Part shown: piece after piece, positions 1 to 12,600 of the stretch | Layout: each line of letters starts with the position of its first letter | Numbering within the stretch: position 1 is the stretch's first letter | Assembly: GCA_028023455.1 (NCBI GenBank) | Contig: JAQFVV010000010.1 | Coordinates: 11,160,001 to 11,224,000, forward strand | DNA from: Epiperipatus broadwayi | Taxonomy: Eukaryota > Animalia > Onychophora | Length of the DNA: 64,000 bases | Direction: 5' to 3' | Made by a program: the position numbers and the translations under genes | The notes under the pieces: model-generated | What the model saw: only the letters and a program-made list of their open reading frames with translations | The model's database searches: none | Told to the model about the DNA's origin: nothing

Positions 1-699
1 AAACATTTCTGGATCAAATGTTTAACTCTGATCCTATTTGAGAATGAAAATGATCAGAATTGAAAATTTGATCCAGAAATGTTTAACTTTTGAGTCAAAC
101 GCTTTATTAATGCACTAATTCATGCAGAATATTCTTTCTCAATTACAAGACGTCTTCAGCGGTGAACAATTTGAATATATATATATTAATACAACAAAAA
201 AAAACAAACATAAAAATAAATACTGTACAGTAAACAAACTAAAAAAACAAAACAAAATCTTACTTTGAAAATATTTTTATTTTTATATAAGATGATTGAT
301 GTTCATAAATTCGTATTTATGAAATTACTTCAATCTTTTCAAACATAGTTCAGAAGAAATGTGTATTCAAATCAAATATAGATTTTTAAAAAAATTGAAT
401 TTTGTTTTATTTATTGATTATTCAAGTATAATTTTAAAGTAAGAATAATGAATCAATTACAGTAATCACAAAAATATAGCATGACCAATATGTACGTATT
501 TTATAATCACCAAAATAACATCGGGTGCTGGAAGTATTACATATATTATTATTTCAAAAATACCTTGAATTGTTCACAATATATTTGCAGAAATAAGTTC
601 TGTATTGCGCTAAATATTTACCTTTAAAATATCATCATTATTATTAATAAAATTAATAATAAACTCCTTTTTTCTTTTTAAAAAATGTGGTTCTAAAAA

Positions 700-1035
700 T
701 CATCTTTCATATATAAAATCCAATAAAAATATTGTCTTCCTTTTTTCTTTTTAAAAACTTTATTTATTCACATGAATCCATATATGTTTAGTTCAAAAAA
801 TACATAATTTCTGTCTTTCTTACATTTCAACTACTTTTCTATTGGTCATTACCAAGGAGGTATATTTATAATACTATATATTGTAGATCGTTGTTAATGA
901 TTACATAAAAGTAGTCGAAACATAGGGAAGATCAAAATAATGTATTTTTGAAGTGTATATATGGATTCATGTGAATAAATAAAGTTTTTAAAAAGAAAAA
1001 AGGATTATGTTTATTGGATTTTATATATGAAAGGT
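700..1035. repeat. Imperfect inverted repeat, about 100-bp arms (about 700-810 and 940-1035)
   Basis: ctttcatatataaaatccaataaa and tttttaaaaactttatttattcacatgaatccatata on the left are reverse-complemented on the right (tatatggattcatgtgaataaataaagtttttaaaaag; tttattggattttatatatgaaag). Confidence 0.75.
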
Positions 1036-1549
1036 CATTATATATGAATAAACATAAGGAAATAATTTCCAGAAAAAAACATTGTGGGTGACTTATATTC
1101 AAAGGCTGACTAAAAAAAGTTATATATTGCATAAAATGAATGTTTCAGAAATTAAATGAAATTGGATGAAAGAGTAAAAATGTGAGGAAAAATTTAAAAT
1201 TGGATTATAATTTAAATTGTTTGAAAGAGGGATATGTCAGAAGTCAAGATGTCCAATGGTGAGGTATTAGTTTTAAATCTGTTAAATAATGAAATGTCTA
1301 ACTTTATTTCACTTTTTGTATACTTTTTTGAAGAAATTATTTTATTATAGCAATTACTGTCTATTGCAATATGAGTATATATTATGATTTAGATTTTTCT
1401 TTATTAATACCTGATTCTTGTCTTTTTTATTTTCATCAAAAACATTAAGCTTGACATTTATTCAATGTGAACATTATATACATTCAATATCTATGACCAT
1501 TTAAAGTGTGTACTCTTCAACAAATTTAAATGAATAGGATATGACTGAT

Positions 1550-1750
1550 TTGGAGAGATTTATTAATAAACATTAAAGTTTCACAAATCATTATTAATAT
1601 ACTTTTATTAAAGTACCCTTGATGTGCCATATTTAATGAAAATTGATATGATTAATTTGGAGAGATATATTAATGGACATTAAAGTTTCACAAATCATTA
1701 TTAATATACTTCTATTAAAAAATTTTTGATATGCCACATCTTATGAAAAT
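1550..1750 (+). repeat. Two-unit tandem repeat, period about 109 bp
   Basis: ggagagat...acattaaagtttcacaaatcattattaatatactt repeated at about 1551 and 1660. Confidence 0.8.
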
Positions 1751-2016
1751 TTTAAGTTTTGATGTAATAAACTGAACTAGAATAATTTTTGAGTGATGAG
1801 GTTTATAAATTTAAAATATCATTCAAGAATTCAAAACAGAGATTCATTTCTATAACAAATGAAAAACTTTTTAGACAACTAATAAGTAGTTTTATAACTC
1901 TATATGGTTTGATGAAGTGATAGAATGGAATCCTGGTATCATGGCCCAGCTCTTATCACTCCCGGTGCTTAAAGATCTTATAAATTCTCAAGCAGTTATT
2001 GCACGATTAAAAACAA

Positions 2017-2122
2017 AATCCAAGTTACAACATTTTAAAATTTATTTCAAATAGTTTGAAGACTAAACTATATTCTTCAAACTATTTAAAATAAATTTAA
2101 AAATGTTGAAACTTGAATTTTT
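2017..2122. repeat. Short foldback, about 45-50 bp arms
   Basis: aatttatttcaaatagtttgaaga versus tcttcaaactatttaaaataaatt, extending outward to ccaagttacaacatttt / aaaatgttgaaacttg. Confidence 0.7.
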
Positions 2123-2140
2123 TTTAATCATGCAATAAAT

Positions 2141-2235
2141 TTCTATATGTCATAGCATCAGCCGGGAGAACCCGCAACAACCAACTGCTTGCTTGCAAGG
2201 TGGCTGCGCTGACCTCTCGGCTAACAACGCTTGAC
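2141..2235 (-). mobile_element. tRNA-derived short SINE, subfamily A
   Basis: Reverse complement gtcaagcgttgttagccgagaggtcagcgcagccaccttgcaagc...gcgggttctcccggctgatgctatgacatat matches six other copies in the window; A-box-like and B-box-like motifs. Confidence 0.85.
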
Positions 2236-2621
2236 TTATTTAAATACGAAATTCTGCAATAATTTTCAAGAGCTAACTTGGAGTCAGAAACGCTGCTTTT
2301 AAGTTTATAAATTTGCAAAAAATAATTTGAATCTTATAGTAATATACCATTAATTATAGTTAAGTAATAGTAATCATTTTTTATTATTAATTTTCAGCTG
2401 ATTTGAATATATTATTCAATAAAAATCATCATGTACACATACCATTTTATATATGGTATAATTTTTATTATTGTTGTTATCTCTGTTTACTCATATTATT
2501 TTACCTTAAAAAATAATATGATTTATTAAATTAATTCAGCAAAGGCAAAAAAAAAATCTAGAAATTAAGATGTAAGTTTATATATATATTACTATGGGAA
2601 CAATTATCTTAATATTTTCCT

Positions 2622-2720
2622 GCCGAGAGGTCATCGCATCCGCCTTGCAAGCATGTAGTTGGTTGCAGACGGTTGTGGGTTCGCATCCCAGCCGATGCTA
2701 TGACATATGAGAAAAAAAAA
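2622..2720 (+). mobile_element. tRNA-derived short SINE, subfamily A, 5'-truncated, poly(A) tail
   Basis: gccgagaggtcatcgcatccgccttgcaagc...gggttcgcatcccagccgatgctatgacatatgagaaaaaaaaa. Confidence 0.85.
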
Positions 2721-3851
2721 GTGAAAAAAAAAAAGTGCATCAGTAACTTATTTAAATAAAATTTGAAGTATATTTGCAGTTATTTAAAAAGAGTCATTCT
2801 ATTAATAGAATTTAGAAATAGGAAAATGTATAGCTTCATTAGATCTGTTTCTAAAATATTCAGTTTCATTACAAGTTTATAACAATATATATACATTCCA
2901 TTTATAGTATTAAAACTCCAGTAATAATAAAACTACATAATAAAACTACTATATTATATATGTTTAAAAATTATTCTTTTTTTATTTTCAATATTTTAAT
3001 ATTAAAATTAAATTTGTTGCTAAGCTCTTATTAATAATGTTTAACTTATCTTTTAGAAATGGTTTGCAGTTAAGATATAAAGTTACATTCTGACAAAATT
3101 TTTATCTCAGTTTGGTGGAGAATTTAAAGTTTGTTTTAAAATGTTTGTATTTATTAATGATTTTAAAACTACCAGTCAAATATTTTAGATTTCTACCCCC
3201 CTCCCCTCCCTTTTTACATCCCATTATTAATATACATAAAAAAAACATTTTTGTCATTGAAATAGTTAAAGAGTTACTTCATTAGCATATAAAATCCATA
3301 ATATATATATATGTGTGCTTTGCACACAGTTCATTATTTTTTTATTACTAAAATTTTGGATAAAAGTATCTTGATACTATAGCTGATGATAAAAATATCC
3401 AGGCACTATTACTGTTGAAGTATAACAATATTTAATAAGTAGTAACTTTAAGATTAGAAATGTATTATTAACAGAATGAATGTGAAATATACACACTATA
3501 GATGGTCTATTTCCATTATGTAATTATTTCAAAAATGAGTACGTACAATTACTTATATATTTTATCAACAATGGCAGTAGATACTTTTATTCAAATTGCT
3601 GTGGTTGTGGTACGAAAAGAAGTTGAATTTTAAACTGAATCTGTGCTCCAGATATGTGACCATACTTGAATGTGTGTATACATGTATATGCAGAGCCATA
3701 CATAGTAAGATTTATCGACATTCTAAACAAGTCAAACATTTGGCGCTACTCTCTTTTCTCTGCCACCAAATATGCAAATTATACATGACTACTAATGAAA
3801 TGATAGTAACAAATGTAAATATATAAATTTATTAAGCGCTAGCAGATATCT

Positions 3852-4225
3852 AATAATAACGTACAAGGCTAAAACCTTCGAAAGAAGAGCCTTAAAAATG
3901 CTTATGTGACGGCCAATCAGATGTAATAATAACTGCACATGGAACTGTCAATTCAAGAACACAAGCCAGAACCCAAGAAAAAGATGGGACCCACCTTCTT
4001 CTATAGATAAATTTATATATAAATTTAAGTATTCGGAATGCTTGAGCTGACTTATTTATATATAAATTTAAGTATAGAAGAAGGTGGGTCCCATCTTTTT
4101 CTTGTGTTCTGGTGTGTGTTCTTGAATTGAGAGTTCCACATGCAGTTTTTATTACATCTGATTGGCCATCACATAAGCATTTTTAAGGCGCTTCTTTCAA
4201 AGGTTTTAGCATTGTATGTTATTAT
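3852..4225. repeat. Foldback/MITE-like element with about 170-bp inverted arms
   Basis: gctaaaacctt...ccttaaaaatgcttatgtga.ggccaatcagatgtaata...aagaaaaagatgggacccaccttcttctata mirrored by tatagaagaaggtgggtcccatctttttctt...tattacatctgattggccatcacataagcatttttaagg...aaggttttagc. Confidence 0.85.
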
Positions 4226-5171
4226 GACTACTAATAAAATAAACTCAAATATGTTAAAAATAGTTGAAATAAATCCATATTAACATAACGCTGCAATAAT
4301 ATCCTCTCCTCCAATCAATCATTGCCATAATATTTGCTTACCTGCCTATTCTTTTAGTATATCTATGGGTACTTGCATCTGTAATGAGAAATGTATATCA
4401 CAATTTTGTTTGAAAGCAAATATGAAACATATAAAATAATAATTATTTTTATGGGGCTAAGTTGTTTTTTTTAAAAAAAAAGTCTGACACACAGTAATTT
4501 AAAATTATAGAAATTATAAGAAAATTTGTTGATAAGCAAATTTAAAAAAAAAAAGACAATAAACTGATTTTATTATATTTATAAAATCACATGTAAGTTC
4601 ATATCCAATTTGTTACCTATAAATATCAAAAGTTTTGAATATAATTTGATCTTTTATTAAGAAATATGTAGATGAGTTTCCTATTGGGATTAGACCTTGC
4701 ATTGTATCAGGTTTTCTATGAAATTAATCAGCAGTAGGTAGAGGGCATTAATCTAAACTGTAGGAGATATTAGAATAAAAAATTTTTATGCCAGTATAGT
4801 TTCACTAAATTTATTGCCTTATAGATACACTCTTACATAAATGTGTGTGCATTCGTTTTTAATTAATAAAAAGTAATTTTTTAATCAGAAGGAGGAGCAA
4901 TTAGATTAATTAAGCAAACTCTTTAAAAAAAAAAAACAAATCATATCAATCCCTAATAATATACAGGGCTTGTAGTTCTAAATATATGGATGGATGATTA
5001 AAGGGAGTTTGAAAATCTGGGTTTAAATCCCCTTTAATTACAAACTATCATTGGCAAAAATAAGAACTGATGCTTGATAATAATATATTATTTAGGTACT
5101 ATACTTGCTTTCAGTCAGAAAACTTGGGAATTAGTAATATTTATGTATTTATAATTCAAAAGATGTAAGAT

Positions 5172-5274
5172 GTCTTGCATTGGTGGTCGAGAGATCAGCG
5201 CGACTGCCTTACAAGCAGTTGCCCGGGTTGCGGGTTCGCGTCCCGGCCGATGCTATGACACTGGAAAAAAAAAA
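5172..5274 (+). mobile_element. tRNA-derived short SINE, subfamily B, with poly(A) tail and target-site duplication
   Basis: gcattggtggtcgagagatcagcgcgactgccttacaagcagt...gcgggttcgcgtcccggccgatgctatgacactgg(A)n. It is flanked by aaaagatgtaagatg on both sides (about 5157-5172 and 5271-5286). Confidence 0.9.
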
Positions 5275-5879
5275 GATGTAAGATGAGATAAAAAGCTTAA
5301 TTTATTTTCATTTATCTTTAGAATAATGGTAGAATCCATTAAGGATTTAATAGTCTATATAGATCTCTGCCAATTATACAGTTTTCTATACAGTTTTCAG
5401 TGATTCTTTTATTGTATTAACAGGTAGAGGAATGAAAATTACTGGTTACTTTATGCACTTTGTTTTATAGTAGTGAATGGAGATCTTTGGGAAGGGGGGG
5501 GGGGTAAAATAGAATATGACGTATAAAACAGAAATATAAAAAAAATTGTATTTACGATATCTCTTGTAAGAAGTATTTAGTAAAACTTTACTTAAAATAT
5601 ATATTTAGAAGATTGATATGAATTTGGTTTTACTATAAATAACGAAACGAATTCTTTTTAAACGACTGAGAATATTACATATTATTGTTAATAAATCTTG
5701 TATATATATATATTGGAGGGAGGGAGAAAGTTTCCCGTCTTATTATAAACTAAACTGAATTTATTTTTGAAAAAAGTTAAATAAAAAGGTTATTGAGCAA
5801 ATAAAGCACATCTCAATAAATGTTTTAGATGTTTTAAACTTACAAAAAGGATGTAATATTTCAATACAAGTATATATAA

Positions 5880-6315
5880 TATACTTCTATTAAAATATTA
5901 CTTATTCAGCCTGTATTCTGCTTATTCCTCTTCTGTGTATTAAAATGGGCTTAAGGTCCTGCATGTGAGGAGTCAGAATGACTTACAGTTAACATGCGTA
6001 TGACAAAAAAATTGACAAATAGGGGCTTTGAACATGCCATCATCAGATTTTCAATGATATGGATGGCTGAAGAGTTGGATAGTGGAGAAGATTGAAGCCC
6101 GTCCATTAAAATTTAAAGATTTTCTATCTTTAATTTAAACTGAGCATTGATTATATATGTGTGTGTGTGTGTGTGTGGAAGATGATGATCCGGATCAACT
6201 GATGACTGGTGGTTCAGCACAAAATATGTATATTGAAGATCATTTATCTTTTATGCATATATGTGGCCATGTCTATTGGTTGTTTGGATGACTAAAGGGA
6301 GCTACAGAAAAAGGA
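5880..6315 (+). mobile_element. Copy of the 463-bp HHR-bearing repeat family (family H463); degenerate HHR at 6195-6236
   Basis: Aligns by eye with 55490-55945 and 42735-43040. Motif tcaa-CTGATGA-ctggtg-gtt-cagcac-aAAA-tatgtat-a-ttga. Confidence 0.8.
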
Positions 6316-7233
6316 TGATAGAATCATGATTTTTTACCATAATATAACAATTTATGTTAATTAGGTTCAGCCTTTTGTTTTATGAAAGACAATATTAAGA
6401 ATGCACTATTGTTATGTTGATAAACTCTCTCTTATTAATCATATTCAGAGTATTATACTTTATGTTATTAAACCAGCTTACTTTGTTTTTAGATTTTGAA
6501 GCTGCACACATTTTTAAAATGTTTGCTTTTCTTGGTCAATAAGTAATTCAATATGATATAAAGTGATTACTAAAAATGTGTTCTTAAACTATTAAAATAT
6601 GGATAATTTTAATTCTTATATTTGTGTTGATAACTCTTTATAATTTAAATACTTTCCACTTACATTGTGTGTGTGGGTGTGTGTGTGTGTGTGTGGGGGG
6701 GGTAACTATCATAAGTGACCTCTATTATTTTTTAAATTTCAACAAATTGGAGCCTACATTTTATTTTTTGATCAAAGTTTTATCTTATTATTGGGATCAT
6801 TATCCACAAACATAAAAAGATGGATTTTTAATTTGTATGCAAAAATATCTAATTATTTCTTTGTGGTTTTTCACTGATTGCTTATAAATATTTTTTTAAA
6901 AATCATATTAAAATGAAAATGTTTTGAAACAATATTCAATTTGTGCATGTATGTTTCTTTAATGCCTTATAAAACATTTATAATATTATTTTCAGTAACT
7001 TCCATCTGATGAGTTTTGATAAAGAATTTTTTAAAACTGAATCTGTTAGTTGCTGCTTTTAGAAAAAATAATTTAAAAGTACTTGTTTTAAAATTTAAAA
7101 TTGTAATGACCCTGATTTTTATAATTTTTTTGTTGGTTTCATTTTCAAATTATATTCTATCTTTAAAGCATTTTATGAACAATTAGTGGATTTATATATA
7201 CATTTCATTCATTCATTCTTTTTTTTTGTATAG

Positions 7234-7281
7234 TACATTCACAAACATCATGGATCCAGGAGAAGATAAACTTGTTCACAA
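7234..7281 (+). CDS. Candidate start-codon exon (ATG at 7250: MDPGEDKLVH + AA, phase-2 donor)
   Basis: Acceptor ttcttttttttttgtatag at 7233 and consensus donor GTAAGT at 7282. Frame-compatible with the phase-2 acceptor at 57346. Confidence 0.55.
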
Positions 7282-7913
7282 GTAAGTAATTTGTAAAATA
7301 TTTTATATTGAATCAACTATTTTATAAAACTGGGTTACATTTATATATTATTTAGCAGTCTAAAATCATTTATATGAAAAAACATGGGCTTAAATTGATA
7401 CTGATTTTTTTATGCATATTAAAATTAGTTGGAATAAGATTTTAGTTAGAATTTGCTCTGAATATTGTATTTTTAAATATGGAAACTGAAATGTGTACAC
7501 AATGTAATTTTAAATTAGCATAGTGTAAAATGGACATGTAATAAACAATTTTTGAATTACAGATTATAATCCATTAATGTTTTCATTTGAATTATTCATT
7601 TCATTAATTTAACATCTGTAATCAGGGATTTTTATTTGTTTTACTTGAGAATCAATTGAATACATTTTTAATGTCTCAAATGTGAAATCTGTTCTTGTAA
7701 AAAAATAAGGCTGTGCAGAAAAACAGATTCCACATAAGAATATTTTAATCACAATTGATTATTTTATATCCTTAATAAGTAGAAAACAGTCCCTTTGTTT
7801 TCAAAATTTTTGTTTAGATTTACTATTTATGGCATTATAAATCATTTATTATTATGTATATTTTTTATTTTTATTTAAAATATTTTTTATATGCATTTAT
7901 TAGTAAAATATCA

Positions 7914-8142
7914 CTGTTATTAAAACAGGCAAAACTCACTATACGTATTGCCACACACAGCAAGCTAGAGTAATCAATGGATTCCAGAAGGCTTGTGCAT
8001 AAAATCCCCATCTGGTGCGTATTCATCCAATATCTTCAGACTAGTTTCTGGCTTGTGGCCTTCATCAGTGAAAAATACGTGTAGTGAGTTTTGCTTGTTT
8101 TAATAACAGTTATAAGCAAGCATAAGAAGTGGTGATCATGTG
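7914..8142. mobile_element. HHR-bearing repeat family H200: minus-strand copy joined head-to-head to a partial plus-strand copy; HHR at 8034-8073 (-)
   Basis: Minus strand tttca-CTGATGA-aggccacaagcca-GAAA-cta-GTC-tgaag. Same sequence at 22562-22700 and 54318-54721. Confidence 0.85.
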
Positions 8143-8959
8143 ATGTTTATTGGCTTAAAATATCACTGCATTAACCATATTCTTATGCATATTGTCATAA
8201 TTATTAACCAATAAGTTATAGATTGTAAGTAAAATGCTCAAAATTTTAAGAAATGATATAAAAATTTGAATAAAAATCGATAATGAAGTCTGCAAAAAGT
8301 GATGAATATGCAATAGTTATCCATTTGCAAATAAATATTTAGAGAAATTATGTAAGATAACATATCAACCTCAGAAAAAATGTAATAGATAATGCAGTAC
8401 CCTATATCTGACTCCATCTGTCAGGTTAAATATAATAATGCTACTTATTATGGTTAAGGAAAATTTTTAGGGATCAGCCAGGTAGAAGTGGAAAAATAAT
8501 AAGAAAACTAAGTTTGAGATAAATGAGACTAATATCAAAATAATAAAATGAATAGTGGCAAATTTAGTGTATAATAATATTTTACGAATATCTAATTTTT
8601 ATTGTGCACTTATTACTGACTGAATCAGAAGTTATTAACTTTATTATGGTTTTCTGAAAATTACTTGCCCCATTAGCTTTATTTGGTTGTGTAATAACTT
8701 CTTTAAGGCAAGGTGCACAAATTTTTGGACTTCAATTCACACAGACTTTGTAAGATGTTTAGGAGATTTCATTTAAAAAAGTATTTTTATTTTCTAATAC
8801 ATAAGGTACTCAATGTAAAGGAAAATAAGCTTTTAAAACCTGTTTCAAGCTATTTTAGAATGATGTCCAGTATCTTATATATATATATATGTACGGTTAT
8901 GTACTAGCATGGGCTGTAATTTGTTTACCTTGACTTTAAGGGATTCAAGAGCTTTTCTA

Positions 8960-9230
8960 ACATTATATTATGTTAGATTTATTTGGAGTTTCAATTACTG
9001 TTTGATGATTGAAATTTGAATCTGGGCGAAGATTGATAAGTTGCTTGTGAATACATCTCTGGATGGCTTGTCTATTCTCATCTTCAATGGGAATTAAGGT
9101 TGAATTCTGACAATGATCAAATCTGCATAGTTTGTTCTTCTTGTCTATTGGGAAGTTTATGCAATCAATATGCAACTCAAAAACTTGATTACTAGGTGCT
9201 TTAATACTATTCTTACTTCATGAGATTGTA
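8960..9230 (-). mobile_element. Possible degenerate DIRS-like RT/RNase H remnant
   Basis: Minus-strand translation ...SIKAPSNQVFELHIDCINFPIDKKNKL... resembles the DIRS RT C-terminal pattern KS.L.P.Q...FLG..IDS....I.LP.DK; frameshifted. Confidence 0.3.
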
Positions 9231-9639
9231 TCCCTAAATAAAAGTAGGTTTTGTAGATGTTTTGTGCTTTTATGCTGTTTTAGTATTTGTTCATTACCTT
9301 GTGAAGTTTTGCATAGTGATTCAATGACCCTGAGCTAGAGCTCAAAAATTATATGATTGACTTTCAGTTTTATATGATAGATGTCATCTGCACATTTATT
9401 AAATGCAACAACATACAAAATGATTTTTTAATTATTTCCATTTTTTAAATAAGTTCATCAGATAGACATAAAATAGATAGTTATACCTTTTTGTTAATTC
9501 TAAATTATATGTTCTCATAATTCAGTAGATAGTTATTATATAATTTTAATTTTATTGTTACAAACACCAGGATAAAGTCTACAAACAATAGACATTAATC
9601 ACCTTCAGTTTTGCTAATATATATATTTGTATAAACAAT

Positions 9640-9703
9640 GACCATGGTTTCTTGCTTTGGCACTCCTCAGAGAGGTGCCAAAGCACAAAACCATGGTCAG
9701 AGG
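9640..9703. ncRNA. Hairpin made of two opposed halves of a minimal HHR (family H-ACCATGGT)
   Basis: Minus strand cctct-CTGAGGA-gtgccaaagcaa-GAAAC-catg-GTC; plus strand gtgccaaagcacaaaaccatgGTC-agagg, which supplies the complement of cctct. Confidence 0.7.
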
Positions 9704-10444
9704 TTTGGGGGGGGGGTTTCCTGACAGATATTTTAAATGCTGGCTCTGGCTAAGCATTTATCACAAAGCTTGTTGAGGAATTGGCAATCCTCATTGTTTA
9801 TAACGTACAAGCTTAAGAGAATAAGGTCATGTGATCTATGACTCTTATTTTGCCTATATATTTGTATATCTGTTTTTTAATTAAAAATGATAATAACTGC
9901 ATAGTTGATGATATTATTTTCACTTTCATAAATTGAAATAATGATATTGTTAAAAAAAACATACCTTTTTACTCTATATATGCATGCAATGATTTAATGT
10001 GAAAATAAAGAATATTATAATTATAAATTATCTACCTATCTGCTTAGAAATCAATTTTTATGTGTGTGTTTGTATATTGTAGCAGCTACATATTACATAA
10101 ATGTAATATATCATTTTTCACATTTTCATATAAGATAATAGACATCTTATATAAAATAAGATTATTGTAATATTTGAATTGTGTATAATGATGTTGAAGA
10201 GGCTTTTGAGCAGAAAAGATTTCTCTGAAATTAGGAACTTCAGAACTGAATGGTTGTATTTTAATGTTTATTTTTTTTAGGAAAGGTATATAATATTTAA
10301 CTATCTTAGTTAGTGCTTTCTGTTATATTAATCACAAGTTTTTAATTAGTTATACTATAATCTGATTATACTTGTAGCATAATAAATATTTTTAAATAAT
10401 TTATAATTCTGTGTTTTATTTAAGTACAAGTATATTGTCTCTAC

Positions 10445-10535
10445 TTTTCACATATACCATGGTCATGTGTATCAGTTGTATAAGATGGAGTGGCTAGCTG
10501 TAGGAGCTTGGAAGTCTGAGTTCAAATCTCTTCCA
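10445..10535 (+). mobile_element. Partial H463 copy (tRNA-like segment only)
   Basis: ggtcatgtgtatcagttgtataagatggagtggctagctgtaggagcttggaagtctgagttcaaatc matches the post-HHR part of H463. Confidence 0.65.
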
Positions 10536-10779
10536 AGTTCTTTGTTTTATACCTAACTAATATGATTAGTAAGATTTCTAAAATGAAATTAATTAATTTT
10601 TTATCTTGCCTGTATATTTTTGTATATTAGCTTAGTGTTTATAAAATAAAATAAAATTTCATCACATATTCAAATTAATTTTGATCTAACTTAGCTAAAT
10701 GATGAAAATAAGTTAGGCTATGGATAGGCTATGATCCATAGTTATTCCTAAATAACATGGAGTAAGATTGTGTTTTATT

Positions 10780-12600
10780 GTATTGTTGCAAAACATTATT
10801 CATATTATGAGACAGTTATTTTTTTAATGAAAAATTGAGCATATTAACTTCATTGGATTAAAAATAAGACTCCAGTATTTGAAAAAGATTCATTTTGTCT
10901 ATTTCAAGAAAAAAATCCATTTTGATAAGTCAGAACAGTATTGTCAGCATAAATAAATTTCCTGCTTTCTGTTCAGAAAGATCCTCTGATGAATATATTA
11001 ACTAAAGTAACTGTAATATTAAAACCCCTAGGAAGACTGTTCTGTAAATGCCACTTTGAATTTTTTTATTGGAGAGCCATTTTTTCAAAGATTTTTTTTG
11101 GAGTTAAGAATTTTAGAATCTTTTAGAAAGTCATTTTTTAAAATCAAAACTATATGTTCAGATTAGAACAGTAAAGGTTGCACCAGTTTTTAATTTATTT
11201 TGAGACCTTTTTGTAATATATGTTGTTAAAGATGAAACTTGCTTACAGCAACTTCTTTTTAGCCTAAATCCTATTTGCTCTATAGGTAGATAGCTTTCAG
11301 CTATTGAAAAAAATTGTTATTAGGATTCTTTCATGAATATTGTAATAAACACATAATAATGACATTAGATGATGACTTTTTTGGATCATTGCCAAGTTTA
11401 TTTGATTTTATATTGCTATAATTTGCTTTTATGCTAAATTTTTGAAATAGTTTCTATACAAATGATATTATTGAATAGTTTTGCCAACTGTGCTTTTGCT
11501 TTAAGTTTTAAATTTTTTCGAAGCTTTGAAAGTGTTATCTGCTCTTGAAGTCTTTCCTGGTTGAAACCAATCCAAAGCACATTCAATTTTATCAACATAT
11601 ACAGATTTTATTAATGAAATATTGTAAAAGAAAAAACTTGTAAATCTGCTCCGATGATATTTTTTCTCACTTTGAGTTTAAAATTTGGCATATCAGATTG
11701 GAAACCTCATTAGCAGTAATAATTGAAGTTTTTGTGGAAGTTATATTTACAAAAATCAAATTTTCTTACCAATTACCAGATTGTCTAGACCTTGTAAATG
11801 TTCGATTTCCTATGGCCTCTATCTTTTCTCTTCTGATATTATCTAATGATTTTACAAGTTTGTCAACAATTTCTGGATTATTGGCAGACAAATATTGGCT
11901 ATAAAGATCACTTCTGTATTTGTTCCAGCCTCAAATTGCAACCTGGAATAAAATGCTTTTGATATCCATGAAGGATGGACATTCTGGAAAGATGAAACTG
12001 AAAACATTTTATTAATATTCTTTTCAAGATATCCAATATATTGACACTAGTTATCTTTTTTTTAAAATTTCACCTTGAACAGGATGACAAGAATGATTAT
12101 GTGTGGTTTATGTTGATTAGGAGAAATGACCTGAGTAATGTTAAAACATTTTTTGTCAAATAAAACATAGAAAATGTTTTGGTTCAAAATGATTGTCAAG
12201 TAAGTGCATATTGCTTAAATTCATTCATCTTCCTGATCATCATTTATATAATCTAAAATCTACTTTGAGAATCAAATTCTCCAGTGATTATAGAACGTAA
12301 AGGAAGATATGGAAGAGAAAGTAGAGTCTGTATGTGTTGGGAGATCTGTAAATACTGTTTACTTAAAAACTATCTATTTGAATTGTGATTGTAATATCAA
12401 AATTAATTTCTAGGGGTTATGATACAACTACTTTAAGGATAGCTTCTTTAGCAGTAGCATATTCAGTGAATATTGTACCCTGTTGGAGGAAATATTGCCA
12501 CACTAAACTTCTGGGGGTATTCAGTTAAATCTTATTGGTTAGTATTAATTAACATATAAATCAAAACAATTACAAAGAAAAAACAGCAAAATATAAAGCT
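10780..12600 (-). mobile_element. Degenerate Vingi/Ingi-like LINE (AP endonuclease plus RT)
   Basis: Minus-strand remnants: GEFDSQSRF (GDFNS-like), FSPNQHKP, FQPGKTSRADN, LPIEQIGFRLKRSCCKQVSSLTT, KLKTGATF, and RKFIYADN at about 10938-10966. Many stops and frameshifts. Confidence 0.75.

Noticed and set aside
120-172. HHR-like CTGAAGA...GAAA on the minus strand
   Set aside because: Helices I and II do not pair convincingly and no second copy was seen.
3958-3975. 12-mer CACAAGCCAGAA shared between the foldback and the H200 HHR
   Set aside because: The opposite arm differs at these positions and no flanking similarity exists; probably coincidence.
5177-5255. Functional tRNA genes (e.g. Val-TAC-like arm CTGCCTTACAAGCAG)
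   Set aside because: Poly(A) tails, TSDs, imperfect stems and variable anticodon triplets mark these as SINE copies. The resemblance to bacterial tRNA-Val is too short to imply horizontal transfer.
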